DNA of 64,000 bases from a virus, in IMG/VR virus record IMGVR_UViG_3300033388_006651, positions 82,770 to 146,769 of that record; one strand, written 5' to 3'. Shown in pieces: positions 47,443 to 56,861 of this stretch. The notes under the pieces are model-generated. The model saw nothing but the letters and a program-made list of their open reading frames with translations, had not been told where the DNA came from and searched no databases. Each line of letters begins with the position of its first letter. Position 1 is the stretch's first letter. A program made the position numbers and the translations under genes.

Positions 47443-47998
47443 TGCTCCGCACAACCCTGCTAGCTACTCTCACCGCGCTCAGCGTCGCGTGCGACGCCGG
47501 AACTATTGGAGCGGGTGGGGGGATGATGTCTGAGCCCAGAGACGGAGGACCATGCGACGGTTAATCTTTTACGTCCTGCTGGTCATCCTCGCTCGTGCTG
47601 GTCTCCTGTGGGCCCGAGGGGGGGGGGAAATGAGCCGACGCGCTTCAGACCCAAGAGACCGACCTTCAAGCCTACGTGGCCTGATCGACCCTGGGAATAG
47701 AGCACCGAGAAGCCCGGTAGTTGAGCGTGTCCCGGGCTCGAGGAGTCCTTCTCAGGAGCCGTCAGATGCGCCTTGAGCAACGATAATGTTGCTCGCCCTT
47801 TCGGGGGCCGTGATCCGCGGAACGCCTCAGTGGCGCTCCTATGGCGTTGGGCTGGGGATCAGCGTATGATGGGGAGTCGTTGTCGCTAAAACACATCAGA
47901 CGGCTCTCTAGACGGTCACAACGGCCAAAGCCCCCAAGATCCCAGGCGGGATTATTTGCGGGGAGTACAAAACACAGAGCCCGCACGGAAGGGCCCAC

Positions 47999-49756
47999 AT
48001 GCTCAACATGGCTGAAAAACTGAGTGAGGCTGGGCTCGTCCCACCCCGTCCTGCAAAGACCACGTTCCCAGATGGCCGCATGGCCACCAAGGAAGCGTGG
48101 AACTACTGCGTTGAAATTTGTAAAAAGAGGAAGGCCGGCGCCCCGACGCTCCAGACCTTCAAGTGGCATCTCAAGCACGGCAATTTGATTGAAGCCGGCC
48201 GGGTGCCCAACCCTTTTGGAGGAGCGGGCCCCGCCAAGGTCTACGCGATCACCTGTGAGGCTGTTGTCGCGTTCGTTGATGAATTGGAAAAGCGGCCAGG
48301 TGAGCTGGAGGCGGGGGACAAACCCTCCAAAAAAGGGACGAAGCGTCGAAGGGCCAAGGGGGCCGCGCCGCCCACACCAGCAGCCACGCCGAAAAGAAAA
48401 ACTGCCGTAGACCAAAACCGAGAATTGAAAACCAAAGACGCCTTCGCTTACCTTCATCGAAACATTCCAGTTCGCAGTGACCTCAACACCACGACGTTCG
48501 GATTCTATCTCGCCTACGACGTAATTTCGTCACGGCTCGAGAAGACCGAACGGTTCGTCAAAGTCGGGGATCTCGATGCGTTCCTTGAGCTCGCACCCGA
48601 CGGCGTCTACGCCAACCACATTAACTACCTCGTGGCACCGTCTCGGGGCCCCAGCGACCTATCCTTGAAAGATGCCTACGACTATTACCGGGAGATCGAT
48701 CCGGTACCCATCTCGATCACCAGTTTCCGATCCGTTGTCGCTGCCGGCATCATCTCGGCCATACGCACAGCGAACAACCCCAAGGCGATGGTGGTGGGGT
48801 TCCGGCGACAGGACATCAACGGGTTTCTAGCCACGCGGCAAAGACTCCAGGAGATGGCTGAGGCCACGCGTAAAGAACAAAAGGAAAAGGAACAAAGGAC
48901 CACGCTCGTCGCCGCGGTGATGACAGAGGCGCTGGCCAAGGCGAACCTGGGACCGCCGCCGCCAGTACCTACCGTGGTGGATACGCGCGAGGCGCCGGAG
49001 CCCAAGAAGACCGTCAAGGCCAAGACCCCCAAGGTCGTGGTCAAGGCCAAGCCGAAGACGAAAGCCAAGCCCAAGGTGGTGGCCAAGACCAAGGCTGTGG
49101 TCAAGGCTGTGGTCAAAGCTGCGGTTGAGGCCAAGCCCAAGTCCAAGACCCAGAAGTCGTGGCCGATCGAGAAGGCGTACTACAAGTTCGGGCACCTGAT
49201 CCCCCCGGGGATTTCGATGCTCCAGTTCAAACAGCTCGTCAACACGGGGATCATTCGGTCCATCACTCGCGCAAGTGTGGTGCACATTCGGTTTGCGGCT
49301 GTGGAGGCGTACTTCGAGGGTCTCGTCGAGAAGGACCCCGAGACGGTTCTCCTGATGGGACCGGCCTACAGCTACTACTGCTCTCAGTGCGAGGACCCGG
49401 TGCAGAAGGCCCGGTTTTCTCGGTGGCTCACCGGTGGCGACATCGAAGGTGCTGTGCACGACGAAGAGGACGACCTGTGGGCGATTACCGTGGGTCTCCT
49501 CGATGAATTCCTGGAGAAATATCCGACAGGCCGCATGCGTCCCTCGAAACCGAAAAAGAAGGCTAAGAAAGAGGGGCTGTCGAAGGCCGCAGCCCCATTG
49601 CCCGAGGTTCCCGAAGACAAGGCTGGAGAGGCCGCACCCGCGAGTTCTCTGGGCACCGTGTCGGTGTCTCTGGGGGACTACCCATCCGGGGCCGACATGA
49701 AGATAGCCATCGAGCTATTGAAGAGCCAAGGATTCGACGTTCAAGTCAAACCGTAG
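47999..49756 (+). CDS. Multi-HTH (Xis/MerR-like) DNA-binding protein with Lys-rich linkers
   Basis: Five repeats of (K/E)xA(Y/F/W)x(Y/K)...F......G.I...F(L/V/F). Confidence 0.65.
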   Translation: MLNMAEKLSEAGLVPPRPAKTTFPDGRMATKEAWNYCVEICKKRKAGAPTLQTFKWHLKHGNLIEAGRVPNPFGGAGPAKVYAITCEAVVAFVDELEKRPGELEAGDKPSKKGTKRRRAKGAAPPTPAATPKRKTAVDQNRELKTKDAFAYLHRNIPVRSDLNTTTFGFYLAYDVISSRLEKTERFVKVGDLDAFLELAPDGVYANHINYLVAPSRGPSDLSLKDAYDYYREIDPVPISITSFRSVVAAGIISAIRTANNPKAMVVGFRRQDINGFLATRQRLQEMAEATRKEQKEKEQRTTLVAAVMTEALAKANLGPPPPVPTVVDTREAPEPKKTVKAKTPKVVVKAKPKTKAKPKVVAKTKAVVKAVVKAAVEAKPKSKTQKSWPIEKAYYKFGHLIPPGISMLQFKQLVNTGIIRSITRASVVHIRFAAVEAYFEGLVEKDPETVLLMGPAYSYYCSQCEDPVQKARFSRWLTGGDIEGAVHDEEDDLWAITVGLLDEFLEKYPTGRMRPSKPKKKAKKEGLSKAAAPLPEVPEDKAGEAAPASSLGTVSVSLGDYPSGADMKIAIELLKSQGFDVQVKP

Positions 49757-49766
49757 GACGACCAAG

Positions 49767-51668
49767 ATGACAACACAATACACCCGAGATCTACTGGAGC
49801 GCCTTGGCTATGCCTTCGTCATTAAAGAAGGTGACTGGGTTCGTTGTGCAGTATCTGGACACGGAGAACAGTGGCTAGGGAAAGGGCTCGATGAGGACAC
49901 CGCTTTCCAGGATGCCTGCAACCAAATGTTCCCGTCTCGAGCGGCCCGATTGCTCATGCAGGAAGAACTAGAAGCGGCCGAGATGCGGGGCAAATTCATC
50001 GCTCAGGTTGAGGCCAAGGTCGAAGCCGAGATTGAAGCAGCCGAGCCCGAACCGGAGCCCGAGCCCGTTGTCGAAAAAATCATACCGGAGCCCGTTGTCG
50101 TCGAGCCCAAGCCCGTCGTCATCGAGCCCAAACCCGAGCCTCCAGCCAGAGTCTATATCTCTCCCGAGGAGCCCGAGGAAGAGGAGCCGGCGTACACCAA
50201 AGAGGAGGCGCTTGAGCTCATCCAGACCTTGCAAGACGAGATGGACGACAACTACGACGAGGTGGCCATCATGTCGTCGCAGTACCAGAGACTCCATCTA
50301 TCGTCGTGGATCTTCCGGGGTCGAGCAGTGCAGGAGAACTTCCCTCGTGATCAGGATATCGAGGAGGCCGTCCATCGAGTGGCTCGGCGCCTCACCGATT
50401 GGTGCAAGCTCTTCTGGCCTGGTTCCATCCGGGCTCTCCAGGTCTACACGCAACCCACCCAATCTCTCGATGGCTTGATGTGCTACACAGAGCGACCCCA
50501 GACCTGGGGCGATGCTGCGGAGATGGTCGAGAGGCACATAGAAGAGCTGCTCCAAGGCTCAACCCGTGACGACTACGGGTGGGCTGACCGAAGACACCTT
50601 AGCCCAGAACCTCCGAACCCGGCTGCCCTTTTGGCGGAGGTCCACAAAAAGATCGTCCCCGTGCTCGGTGTTCTGGGAGGTCCTTTGGACGACAAGCGCA
50701 ACGGCATCTCTGGGCCCACCATCGAGTCCTACGCAGAGGATTTTGTGATGGCGGCCCATCTCCTGCGGTGGTGTCGGAAAACCACAGACCCGGTGCAGTG
50801 GGGCATCACCATGGGGGCCATGCGTTGGGCCTCACGCCAGTCTCGTACCGGCCTCGACACGTTCAAGAAGCTGTTGGAGGACGATTACTCTCCCGCGGAT
50901 AGCTGGGCACTGCTACTGGGTCGTGACCCAGAGATCAACCGCCAGAATAACCTGCGCAAGAAAGTGATGTCCAAGATGCCCACGAAAGAGATGCTCCAGG
51001 AGGATCTCCTGGTGTGGTTGGGGGACGCGTTCGAGGTTTTCGCCAACCCGCAAATCGCCAAGCTCGGGGCAGCAGTCAGTGCGGAGATCATGGACCTCAC
51101 CAACGCCGACTTCGCCGACGGCAAACGCAAAGCACGGTCCCGTCTACGCAAGCTCCAATCGATTTTCCGTGGCCGTAGCATTGACCTCGACAAAGTGGAC
51201 CTGCCTACCGAGGCCGAACTCAAAGGGGGGGAGGATCTCACGGCCGACGAGGATCCGCCGAAGAAGATTGTCGATCCTTCTCAGGCGATCCTCCAGAGGG
51301 TTCAGAAGATCACCGAGGGCAAGAGCATCCTGTTCGTGACGAACCGACCGGAGCAAAAATTGCACAGGGATCTCGAACGCGATCTCAAGGCCAAGGTCCA
51401 TTACAAGGTGGGCGATACGGCGCGCACGATGAAGCCCATCGTCAAGGGCGTCAGTGCAGATCGCTACGACATGGTGTTGATGGCTACGGGTTTCAACAAC
51501 CACAGCGCAGACGCTGCGTTGTGTCGTGCAACGAAGGTCGAAGGGCTCCCATATATCCGAGTGCAAAAGGGTCGTCTCGCATCCACAATTCGTGCCATCG
51601 GTCGAGCGTTCAACGTGTCCGGCCAAGGTAAGGACGCTGACGAAGCGACTGTTGCGCACGCGGGGTGA
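49767..51668 (+). CDS. Large hypothetical protein with a DUF2325-like C-terminal Rossmannoid domain
   Basis: ILFVTNR...YDMVLMATGFNNH....L.......PYIRV.KGR. Confidence 0.7.
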   Translation: MTTQYTRDLLERLGYAFVIKEGDWVRCAVSGHGEQWLGKGLDEDTAFQDACNQMFPSRAARLLMQEELEAAEMRGKFIAQVEAKVEAEIEAAEPEPEPEPVVEKIIPEPVVVEPKPVVIEPKPEPPARVYISPEEPEEEEPAYTKEEALELIQTLQDEMDDNYDEVAIMSSQYQRLHLSSWIFRGRAVQENFPRDQDIEEAVHRVARRLTDWCKLFWPGSIRALQVYTQPTQSLDGLMCYTERPQTWGDAAEMVERHIEELLQGSTRDDYGWADRRHLSPEPPNPAALLAEVHKKIVPVLGVLGGPLDDKRNGISGPTIESYAEDFVMAAHLLRWCRKTTDPVQWGITMGAMRWASRQSRTGLDTFKKLLEDDYSPADSWALLLGRDPEINRQNNLRKKVMSKMPTKEMLQEDLLVWLGDAFEVFANPQIAKLGAAVSAEIMDLTNADFADGKRKARSRLRKLQSIFRGRSIDLDKVDLPTEAELKGGEDLTADEDPPKKIVDPSQAILQRVQKITEGKSILFVTNRPEQKLHRDLERDLKAKVHYKVGDTARTMKPIVKGVSADRYDMVLMATGFNNHSADAALCRATKVEGLPYIRVQKGRLASTIRAIGRAFNVSGQGKDADEATVAHAG

Positions 51669-51993
51669 ACCTTAAAAGCGGAACTCGGTAGGATCTCTTT
51701 TCGGGAGATCTCTCAGTGCAATTTCGCCGAATTCCGGGGCAACCTCACGAAGATCGCAGGGTAACAGGCTTCAAACAGAGCCTGGGATGCGTAGAAGGAG
51801 GGAGAGCCCGAGGCGGCTTCGTTATTCAGCGAATGAGTTTCCTTTCTGTGCCCCACGTAGTTGGAGAGATGACAAACGGAATTTACACCGGGGAGGTGCT
51901 TTGCACTGGCCCTCTTTGGAATGCTGCGCTCACCGGTCGATCGGCTGCGAGGCGCACAGGCATTTCACGAACGTGACCCCAATCAGGAGCCAC

Positions 51994-53415
51994 ATGATGA
52001 ACGATAAGAAAAAATGGTTTCCCTTGTTCGTGCTAGCGAACTTGGCGATGGTGATCTTTCTCGGAGCTGCATCGGGCAGCGACCAGTCTCACGCCGCAGG
52101 ACCTCTGCTCGGTGCGACGCCTTCTGCGGAGACCACACTCGACGAAGCAACGAGGATCGAGCCTATCGATCTTCGTATCCCTTCTCGTGACACGGCACCT
52201 GCCGTGCCCGCGCCACCTTCTAACCCCTGGGTGAACTACCCGAACGTCTGCGAGACGTTCAATATCATCCAGAGCACAACACGGGTGAGGGGCAAGAAAA
52301 AGAAGTGGCATTACCCGGTGCGGTACAAGCGTAACCGGTACAAGCGGGCCTACTCAGAACGTAGGCGTACGCGAAAACTCGTGGAGTTCGTTGCGGAAGA
52401 GATGGGGGTGACACGCCCCGAGTTTTTCGCTGCGTTTGCCATGCACGAATCGACATGGAATCCAGAAGCGATTCACATCCTCAATCCTGACCTCCAAGCA
52501 AATCAACGTGCGTGGACACGCCATACCTACACGCGTGCCGAAGAGTTTGAGCTTGAGGAGAAACTCGCCAAAGCCGATGCTCAGAAGCGAGAGTACTGGC
52601 GCATCAAATCCCAATTGGCCGACATCCGGCTCTACAAGGGGAACACGCACTGGCACGATCGTCTGGCCTACGACTACATCATCCCCGAGCACACCATCGC
52701 CCAGCACACCATGAAGGTGGACGGCGAAAAGCAGATCATTCCAGAGCAGATCATTCCAGAGCAGATCATTCCAGAGCAGATCATTCCAGAGCAGATCATG
52801 GTGCAGTCCCAGAATGTTTGGGGTTTCGGCTACGGGCTCTACGGACACTACTCCGTGGGTTACGTGAAAAACTGGGACTCCAAAGCGCCCCCTTGGATCC
52901 TTTGCGCAGAAGAGGGGATCCTTGCCACGATCGTTCAGGTATGGGCGGCTCGAGCTAACACTGCCGAGTGCGATGCCCTGACTGCCAAGAACCCCGAAAA
53001 ATGGGGGACCGACGGCGGTAGCTACCGTGGGGTTCTTCGGCGTCTCGCCAAAGGGCGCTGCAGCAACAAACGTCTGGGCAAAGTCTGGCGTGGACTCATC
53101 CAAGAGCACTCCACCATTCCTTGGGAGGAGCACGCTGAGTTCGGGCTCGAGAAATGGTCCCAGTGGGAGATGAAAAAGAAGCGTGGGAAGTGGGTCTACA
53201 AGCTGGACAAGGATCGCAAAAAGATCCCCACCGACCGTCAGGTCATCCTGGCCCACATGGTCAAGAAAGCTCGTGCGAAAGGGCTGATGCGGCCTGCTCC
53301 GTTGGAGCTTCACCATCCTGAGCGGACGCCTCACATTGTCCCGGGTACACCAGAAGTGCTTGAGCCTGAGCCGACAGCGGTCGGTGGTGCGCCACCGGTT
53401 GTCGCCGCGCCATAA
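51994..53415 (+). CDS. Membrane-anchored lysozyme-like/SLT protein
   Basis: N-terminal TM helix; AMHESTWNPEAI catalytic-type motif and a GYGLYG motif; AGGAG RBS. Confidence 0.6.
   Translation: MMNDKKKWFPLFVLANLAMVIFLGAASGSDQSHAAGPLLGATPSAETTLDEATRIEPIDLRIPSRDTAPAVPAPPSNPWVNYPNVCETFNIIQSTTRVRGKKKKWHYPVRYKRNRYKRAYSERRRTRKLVEFVAEEMGVTRPEFFAAFAMHESTWNPEAIHILNPDLQANQRAWTRHTYTRAEEFELEEKLAKADAQKREYWRIKSQLADIRLYKGNTHWHDRLAYDYIIPEHTIAQHTMKVDGEKQIIPEQIIPEQIIPEQIIPEQIMVQSQNVWGFGYGLYGHYSVGYVKNWDSKAPPWILCAEEGILATIVQVWAARANTAECDALTAKNPEKWGTDGGSYRGVLRRLAKGRCSNKRLGKVWRGLIQEHSTIPWEEHAEFGLEKWSQWEMKKKRGKWVYKLDKDRKKIPTDRQVILAHMVKKARAKGLMRPAPLELHHPERTPHIVPGTPEVLEPEPTAVGGAPPVVAAP
52731..52799 (+). repeat. Perfect 15-bp tandem repeat x4.6 (GCAGATCATTCCAGA)
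   Basis: Read directly; encodes (QIIPE)4. Confidence 0.95.
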
Positions 53416-53471
53416 CCAAGGCTCGGTACAATGAGGGGACGGCTCGAAAGGGTCGTCCCCTTTGAGGTTTC

Positions 53472-54071
53472 ATGTTCACAGCTCGCAACGGACGCCAGTG
53501 TTTCCTCCTCGCCATCGAAGGCCCTGACCGGGTCGGTAAAGCCACGCAGGCTCAGCTTCTCGCAGAGCGGCTCATGCCCCACAAGGCAACCGTCGAAGAG
53601 ATCCCGTACGACGAGGGTGTCACGTACCCGGAGATCTACGCGATGCTCCGTTCAGGAGCGGTGGACAAGCACCCGGTCATCTTCCAGACCTTGCAGGGGA
53701 CGAATCGTCGCTTCTTCCAAAAGAACTTCCTGCCGACCCTGGCTTCGCACTACGACGTGCTGATCCTGGACCGGTGGAACCTTTCGACCCGTGTGTACGG
53801 CAGGGCCAGCGGAGTCTCCGAGGGCGCCACCAACACGATCTTGGAAGGCATCGTCGAGCCCGATGTGACGCTCGTGTTTGACGGCAAACCGTTCCCCAAA
53901 GAGGGCCTCGATGTGTGGGAGGCCAACCTCCCGTTCCAGAAGCGAGTGCGGGAGCTGTACCTGGAGTACTGCGCAAAGTCGCCGGAGCACTTCGTGAAAA
54001 TCGATGCCGAGCGGCCAGTGGAGGTGATTCAGGAAGAGGTCCTGGCCATCGTTCGCAGCCGGTTACGTTAA
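53472..54071 (+). CDS. tmk: Thymidylate kinase
   Basis: IEGPDRVGKATQ P-loop, ILDRW.LST.VY, PD and FQKRVRE.Y motifs. Confidence 0.92.
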   Translation: MFTARNGRQCFLLAIEGPDRVGKATQAQLLAERLMPHKATVEEIPYDEGVTYPEIYAMLRSGAVDKHPVIFQTLQGTNRRFFQKNFLPTLASHYDVLILDRWNLSTRVYGRASGVSEGATNTILEGIVEPDVTLVFDGKPFPKEGLDVWEANLPFQKRVRELYLEYCAKSPEHFVKIDAERPVEVIQEEVLAIVRSRLR

Positions 54072-54103
54072 TTTCTCTATGGGTCTGCCCATGCAGAGGC
54101 CCC

Positions 54104-55420
54104 ATGCAGAAACTCATCGAGCTGTTCCTGAACATTCTCAAGTCCATCTTCGGACGTGGGGGAGGTTCTTCCAAAGCCGTAGAGGCCCCCAAGACATGGG
54201 AGAACGGCAAGAAGGACGCTGAGGTCAAGAAGACCCAGAAGAAGCTGCTCCAGCTCGGCCACGAGTTCTCAGGGGGCAGTGACGGTGAGCTTGGGGACCA
54301 CACTCGGACGGGTATCGAGGATTTCAAGAACGAGCACGACATCGAAGAGGAGGGGATCGGTGAGAAGACCCTGGCCAAGCTCGAAGAGGAGCATGTCAAA
54401 CTCGCGATCCCAGCGGACCTGGAAATCGAAGTCGGTGACGACAACGACGACTTCGACGGTACGAAGGTCACCGACTACCAGAAGAAGCTCATCGCCCTCG
54501 GCCACGACATGCCTCGGTTCGGGGCCGACGGTTCTTTCGGTGACGAGTCTCTGGTCTCCACCAAGGAGTTCCAGAACGAGAACGCAGACAAGATCGCAGA
54601 CGAAGATGCTTTCGACGCTCAGGGTGTGGGTCCCAAGACCTATGCCACGGTCATGGCCGCAGAGATTCCCAAGCCTTCCAACAAGCCAGCCGTCTCGGCG
54701 CCTCCGACAAGGGGTCTTACCGGCAAGCCTCCCGCCGGGATGATCGTCACGAAGGATGACCATCCGCTCAAGAAGGGTCGCGGCACTCGGAAGCTCAAAG
54801 ACATCGAAGGCGTGACGCTGCATCAGACCGCCTGTGTCCTCGGCGAGAAGGAGCACCGTTGGTACAACGTCGCCTGCCACATTGCGATCACGCGTGAAGG
54901 CAAGATCATCTACAACAACGACTTCATCAAGAAGATCTGGCACGGCAACGGGTTCAACACCAAGACCATCGGCATCGAGATCGACGGTCACTTCGCCGGG
55001 CTCGAGGAGCAGAACGACGCCGGTGAGTGGGTCCCCGACATGAGGTCCTATTGGCGCCCGAAGAACTCGAAGCGCACACCGGTGTCCGTCACGGACGCCC
55101 AGATCGAAGCCTGCAAGGAAGCCATCCGTTGGGTGAAGCGTGTGGTCGATGCGGCTGGTGGTGACTTCAAGTACATCCTGGCCCACCGCCAATCGAGCCC
55201 GTCCCGCGTCAGCGACCCGGGCCAAAAGACGTGGCGTCTCATCGCCATGCCGCTCATGGAGGAGCTGGGCATGGAGGACGGTGGGGACGACTACTACGTC
55301 CTGGACAGCAAGAAACGCGCTGGAAAGCCCATTCCAGAGGCGTGGGATCCACAGCGCCATGCTGGTGTTTCGTACAGGGCCAAGACCTCGACTAAGGGTC
55401 GCAAATCCTACGGCCCATAA
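54104..55420 (+). CDS. N-acetylmuramoyl-L-alanine amidase with two peptidoglycan-binding domains (endolysin)
   Basis: Two QKKL..LG...DG.(L/F)G repeats; TLHQTA, CH, WHGNGFN, IGIEIDG and AHRQ...SDPG. Confidence 0.9.
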   Translation: MQKLIELFLNILKSIFGRGGGSSKAVEAPKTWENGKKDAEVKKTQKKLLQLGHEFSGGSDGELGDHTRTGIEDFKNEHDIEEEGIGEKTLAKLEEEHVKLAIPADLEIEVGDDNDDFDGTKVTDYQKKLIALGHDMPRFGADGSFGDESLVSTKEFQNENADKIADEDAFDAQGVGPKTYATVMAAEIPKPSNKPAVSAPPTRGLTGKPPAGMIVTKDDHPLKKGRGTRKLKDIEGVTLHQTACVLGEKEHRWYNVACHIAITREGKIIYNNDFIKKIWHGNGFNTKTIGIEIDGHFAGLEEQNDAGEWVPDMRSYWRPKNSKRTPVSVTDAQIEACKEAIRWVKRVVDAAGGDFKYILAHRQSSPSRVSDPGQKTWRLIAMPLMEELGMEDGGDDYYVLDSKKRAGKPIPEAWDPQRHAGVSYRAKTSTKGRKSYGP

Positions 55421-55437
55421 CAGGTATCGTGCCGGCC

Positions 55438-55710
55438 ATGACTGCCAAGCGAACCCCTGAGAACAACTGGAACCAGACAGAGAAGCAGATCGAGACGTTG
55501 ATCCACCACTACGTCGATCTTCAAAAACCGGTCCAGCGAGCGGCATTCAACGCCGACATGAGCCCCACTTTGGGTGGCATCATCCTCAAGCACAAGGGTC
55601 TCACCCGGTCCCCTTTCGACCGCAAAGTGCACCCTTGGAAAAAAGAAATCGGGGCTGCGATTTCGAAACGAGATGCGAAACAAGGTGAGGTTGTGGAGCC
55701 CATTCGTTAA
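55438..55710 (+). CDS. Hypothetical protein
   Basis: TATCGT-N7-ATG start. Confidence 0.55.
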   Translation: MTAKRTPENNWNQTEKQIETLIHHYVDLQKPVQRAAFNADMSPTLGGIILKHKGLTRSPFDRKVHPWKKEIGAAISKRDAKQGEVVEPIR

Positions 55711-55748
55711 TCGTGAAAAGATATCGGAGTTGACGCGTAGAATCCCCG

Positions 55749-56198
55749 ATGGATTTTGTCGTTGTCGAGAGTCCTTTCGCTACGAGCACTATCTTTCTGC
55801 CAGAGGGGACCGATCACATCCTTACGGCAGAAGGGGGTTTCGTCATTACGCAGCACTGGAACGTGCAGTACGCCAGGGCCTGCCTCCACGATTGCCTTGT
55901 GCGCCACCAGGAGGCTCCCTACGCCTCGCACCTGCTCTACACCCAGGAAGGCATCCTGAACGACAACGTGCCCGCTGAGAGGGACCTGGGCATCCGAGCG
56001 GGGCTCGAGATCGGGAGGGCCGCCAAACGCCGCATCTTCTACGTGGACCGGGGCTTCTCCAGGGGGATGGACTGGGGGCTCAACTTCGCGCTGGAGATCG
56101 GGCAGCCTTGTGAAGGACGCCGTTTGGGCGGTTCGTGGGACCTCGGCTGGGAGCCAGATTTCGATCTGGACGCCATGACGCGAATCTTGCGCGGCTGA
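55749..56198 (+). CDS. Conserved phage protein (nucleoside-deoxyribosyltransferase-like fold)
   Basis: VVESPFA...NVQYARAC...EAPYASHLLYTQ...ER.LGI.AG...YVDRG.S.GM. Confidence 0.75.
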   Translation: MDFVVVESPFATSTIFLPEGTDHILTAEGGFVITQHWNVQYARACLHDCLVRHQEAPYASHLLYTQEGILNDNVPAERDLGIRAGLEIGRAAKRRIFYVDRGFSRGMDWGLNFALEIGQPCEGRRLGGSWDLGWEPDFDLDAMTRILRG

Positions 56199-56234
56199 CG
56201 CCCGGTTATGGGTCTATCGAGACCCTTCAAGTAG

Positions 56235-56855
56235 ATGGGCGTGCCAATCGTCAAAACCGCTGTGGTGTTCAGGCCAAAGCGGAACTGGAAGCCCAAGCGC
56301 CGGGATCGCAACATCACGCGCCGGAAGAAGCGCAAGGGCTGGTGGCGTCGCAACAAGCACCGGATCAAGTTACGTCGAAATAAGCGTCAGCGGATGCTCA
56401 AGCACAACTCCATGTTCAAGGCGTGGAGGAAGAAGCGGACGAAGGAGAAGAGCAAGCGTCGTATGCGATTCGGCGCCGATGGCAGCCCCGACTTCCCGCA
56501 GAGCTGGTTCGTGTTCCGCGAAGACGTGGAAGAGGGCAAGCAGCTCGACCTCGACATGGGTTACATCGTCGATTACGACCCCGATGCCGAGGACCTGCTG
56601 ATCTTCGACGTGGATGAGAACAAGGAGAAGACCGTTGATCTCGACGAGTTCCTCACCCACAGTGAATTCCTCGAGGAGGCCGACCTCGACAACTTCGAGC
56701 TCATCATGGACCAGTACTACGGTGGTCCCGAAGACGACCTGGACATTGTGCCGGACGAAGACCAAGCGCCTCGCACGGAGTTCGAGGTGGACATGTCCGA
56801 GTTCAGTCAGAAGATCGCGAACACCTGGCTTCGCCAGATGGTGCGGAAGGGATAG
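56235..56855 (+). CDS. Bipolar protein: very basic N-half, very acidic C-half
   Basis: Composition read directly; class-B motif at 56214. Confidence 0.8.
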   Translation: MGVPIVKTAVVFRPKRNWKPKRRDRNITRRKKRKGWWRRNKHRIKLRRNKRQRMLKHNSMFKAWRKKRTKEKSKRRMRFGADGSPDFPQSWFVFREDVEEGKQLDLDMGYIVDYDPDAEDLLIFDVDENKEKTVDLDEFLTHSEFLEEADLDNFELIMDQYYGGPEDDLDIVPDEDQAPRTEFEVDMSEFSQKIANTWLRQMVRKG

Positions 56856-56861
56856 CTCAAG

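Noticed and set aside
47838-47843. Extra class-B motif copy (CTATGG)
   Set aside because: It lacks the upstream element and the C-rich spacer, and the nearest credible start is about 155 nt away.
52731-52799. CRISPR-like array
   Set aside because: The repeats are contiguous, in-frame and have no spacers; no cas genes or spacer arrays were seen in the window.
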